Origin: Mobula hypostoma
Taxonomy: Eukaryota
Assembly (NCBI RefSeq): GCF_963921235.1
Contig: NC_086097.1
Coordinates: 170,564,001 to 170,628,000, forward strand
Direction of reading: 5' to 3'
DNA length: 64,000 nucleotides
A program made the position numbers and the translations under genes. This document shows positions 62,835-64,000 of this stretch, piece after piece. The notes beneath the pieces were generated by a model. The model did no database searches. It was not told the origin of the DNA and was given only the letters and a program-made list of their open reading frames with translations. Within the stretch, counting starts at the first letter, position 1, and every line of letters begins with the position of its first letter.

Positions 62835-64000
62835 AAACATGAGGAAATCTGCTGGAAATTCAAGCAACACGCACAAAAATTGCTGGTGAATGCAACAGGC
62901 CAGGCAGCATCTATAGGAACAGGTATAGTCGATGTTTCGGGCCGAGACCCTTTGTCAGGACTAACTGAAAGAAGAGATAGTAAGAGATTTGAAAGTGGGA
63001 GGGGGAGGGGGAGATCTGAAATGATAGGAGAAGACAGGAGGGGGAGGGACGGAGCTAAGAGCTGGAAAGTTGATTGGCAAAAGGGATATGAGGCTGGAGA
63101 AGGGTGAGGATCATGGGATGGGAGGCCTAGGGAGAAAGAAAGGGGGGGTGAACCCAGAGGATGGGCAAGGAGTTATAGTGAGAGGGACAGAGGGAGAAAG
63201 AGAGGAAAAAGGGGAAAGAAAAAAGTAAGTAAATACATAAGGGATGGGGTATAAAGGGGAGGTGGGGCATTAACAGAAGTTAGAGAAGTCAATGTTCATG
63301 CCATCAGGTTGGAGGCTACCCAGACGGAATAGAAGGTATTGTTCCTCCAGCCTGAGTGTGGCTTCATCTTTACAGTAGAGGAGGCCGTGGATAGACATAT
63401 CAGAATGGGAATGGGATGTGGAATTAAAATGTGTGGCCACTGGGAGGTTCTGCTTTCTCTGGTGGACAAAGCGTAGGTGTTCAGCGAAATGGTCTCCCAA
63501 CCTGCGTCGGGTCTCGCCAATATATAGAAGGCCGCATCGGGAGCACCGGACACAGTATATCACCCCAGCCAACTCACAGGTGAAGTGTCGCCTCACCTGG
63601 AAGGACTGTCTGGGGCTCTGAACGGTGGTGAGGGAGGAAGTGTAAGGGCATGTGTAGCACTTGTTCCGCTTACAGGGATAAGTGCTGGGAGGGAGATCGG
63701 TGGGAAGGGATGGGGGGACGAATGGACATGGGAGTCGCGTAGGGAGCGATCCCTGCGGAAAACAGAAAGGGGGGAAGGGAAAGATGTGCTTAGTGGTGGG
63801 ATCCCTTTGGAGGTGGCAGAAGTTACGGAGAATTATATGTTGGACCCGGAGGCATAGGTGAGGACAAGGGGAACCCTATTCCTAGTGGGATGGCAGGAGT
63901 ATGGGGTGAGAGCAGACATGTGTGAAATGGGAGAGATGTGTTTGAGAGCAGAATTGATGGTGGAGGAAGGGAAGCCCCTTTCTTTAAAAAAGGAGGACAT
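62835..64000 (-). mobile_element. Penelope-like element, young, runs off the right edge; same subfamily as 6200-7605
   Basis: ORF 63270..63596 GVIYCVRCSRCGLLYIGETRRRLG..LQPDGMNIDFSNF; very similar to 6200-7340. Confidence 0.95.
62926..62963 (-). ncRNA. Minimal hammerhead motif (G8>A; triplet AUC)
   Basis: UAGUC CUGACAA A GGG-ucucgg-CCC GAAAC AUC GACUA, with a perfect 5-bp stem I. Confidence 0.7.

Noticed and set aside
1..64000. Prokaryotic systems (CRISPR array, operons, retrons, defence islands)
   Set aside because: No gene-dense coding, no regularly spaced identical repeats with unique spacers, and all RT motifs belong to eukaryotic Gypsy, CR1, Rex-like or PLE families.

Overview
This is eukaryotic, repeat-dominated DNA. 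The element families and their sequence signatures point to a cartilaginous fish, most likely a ray or skate (inference); it is not prokaryotic. I could not support any host protein-coding gene: the long ORFs are retroelement pieces or their antisense shadows. Contents: (i) the 5' half of a young Ty3/Gypsy LTR retrotransposon (minus strand, runs off the left edge); (ii) many CR1 LINEs, including three with an ORF1 SGNH-esterase and one nearly intact 5'-truncated ORF2 nested in another CR1; (iii) Penelope-like elements (PLEs; RT + GIY-YIG) whose 3' termini carry minimal hammerhead-ribozyme (HHR) motifs, plus short HHR-bearing fold-back derivatives; (iv) Rex1/Babar-like LINE remnants, tRNA-derived HE1/V-SINEs and older Deu-SINE/L2-like fragments; (v) short unique AT-rich islands that may be regulatory or exonic. 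Most notable: the Gypsy element has no tRNA primer-binding site, and that position instead holds a 15-nt sequence complementary to its own LTR poly(A)-signal region; the window also holds a set of about 110-210 bp HHR-carrying PLE mini-elements. Boundaries of old fragments were read by eye and are approximate; family names come from motif recognition, not database searches.
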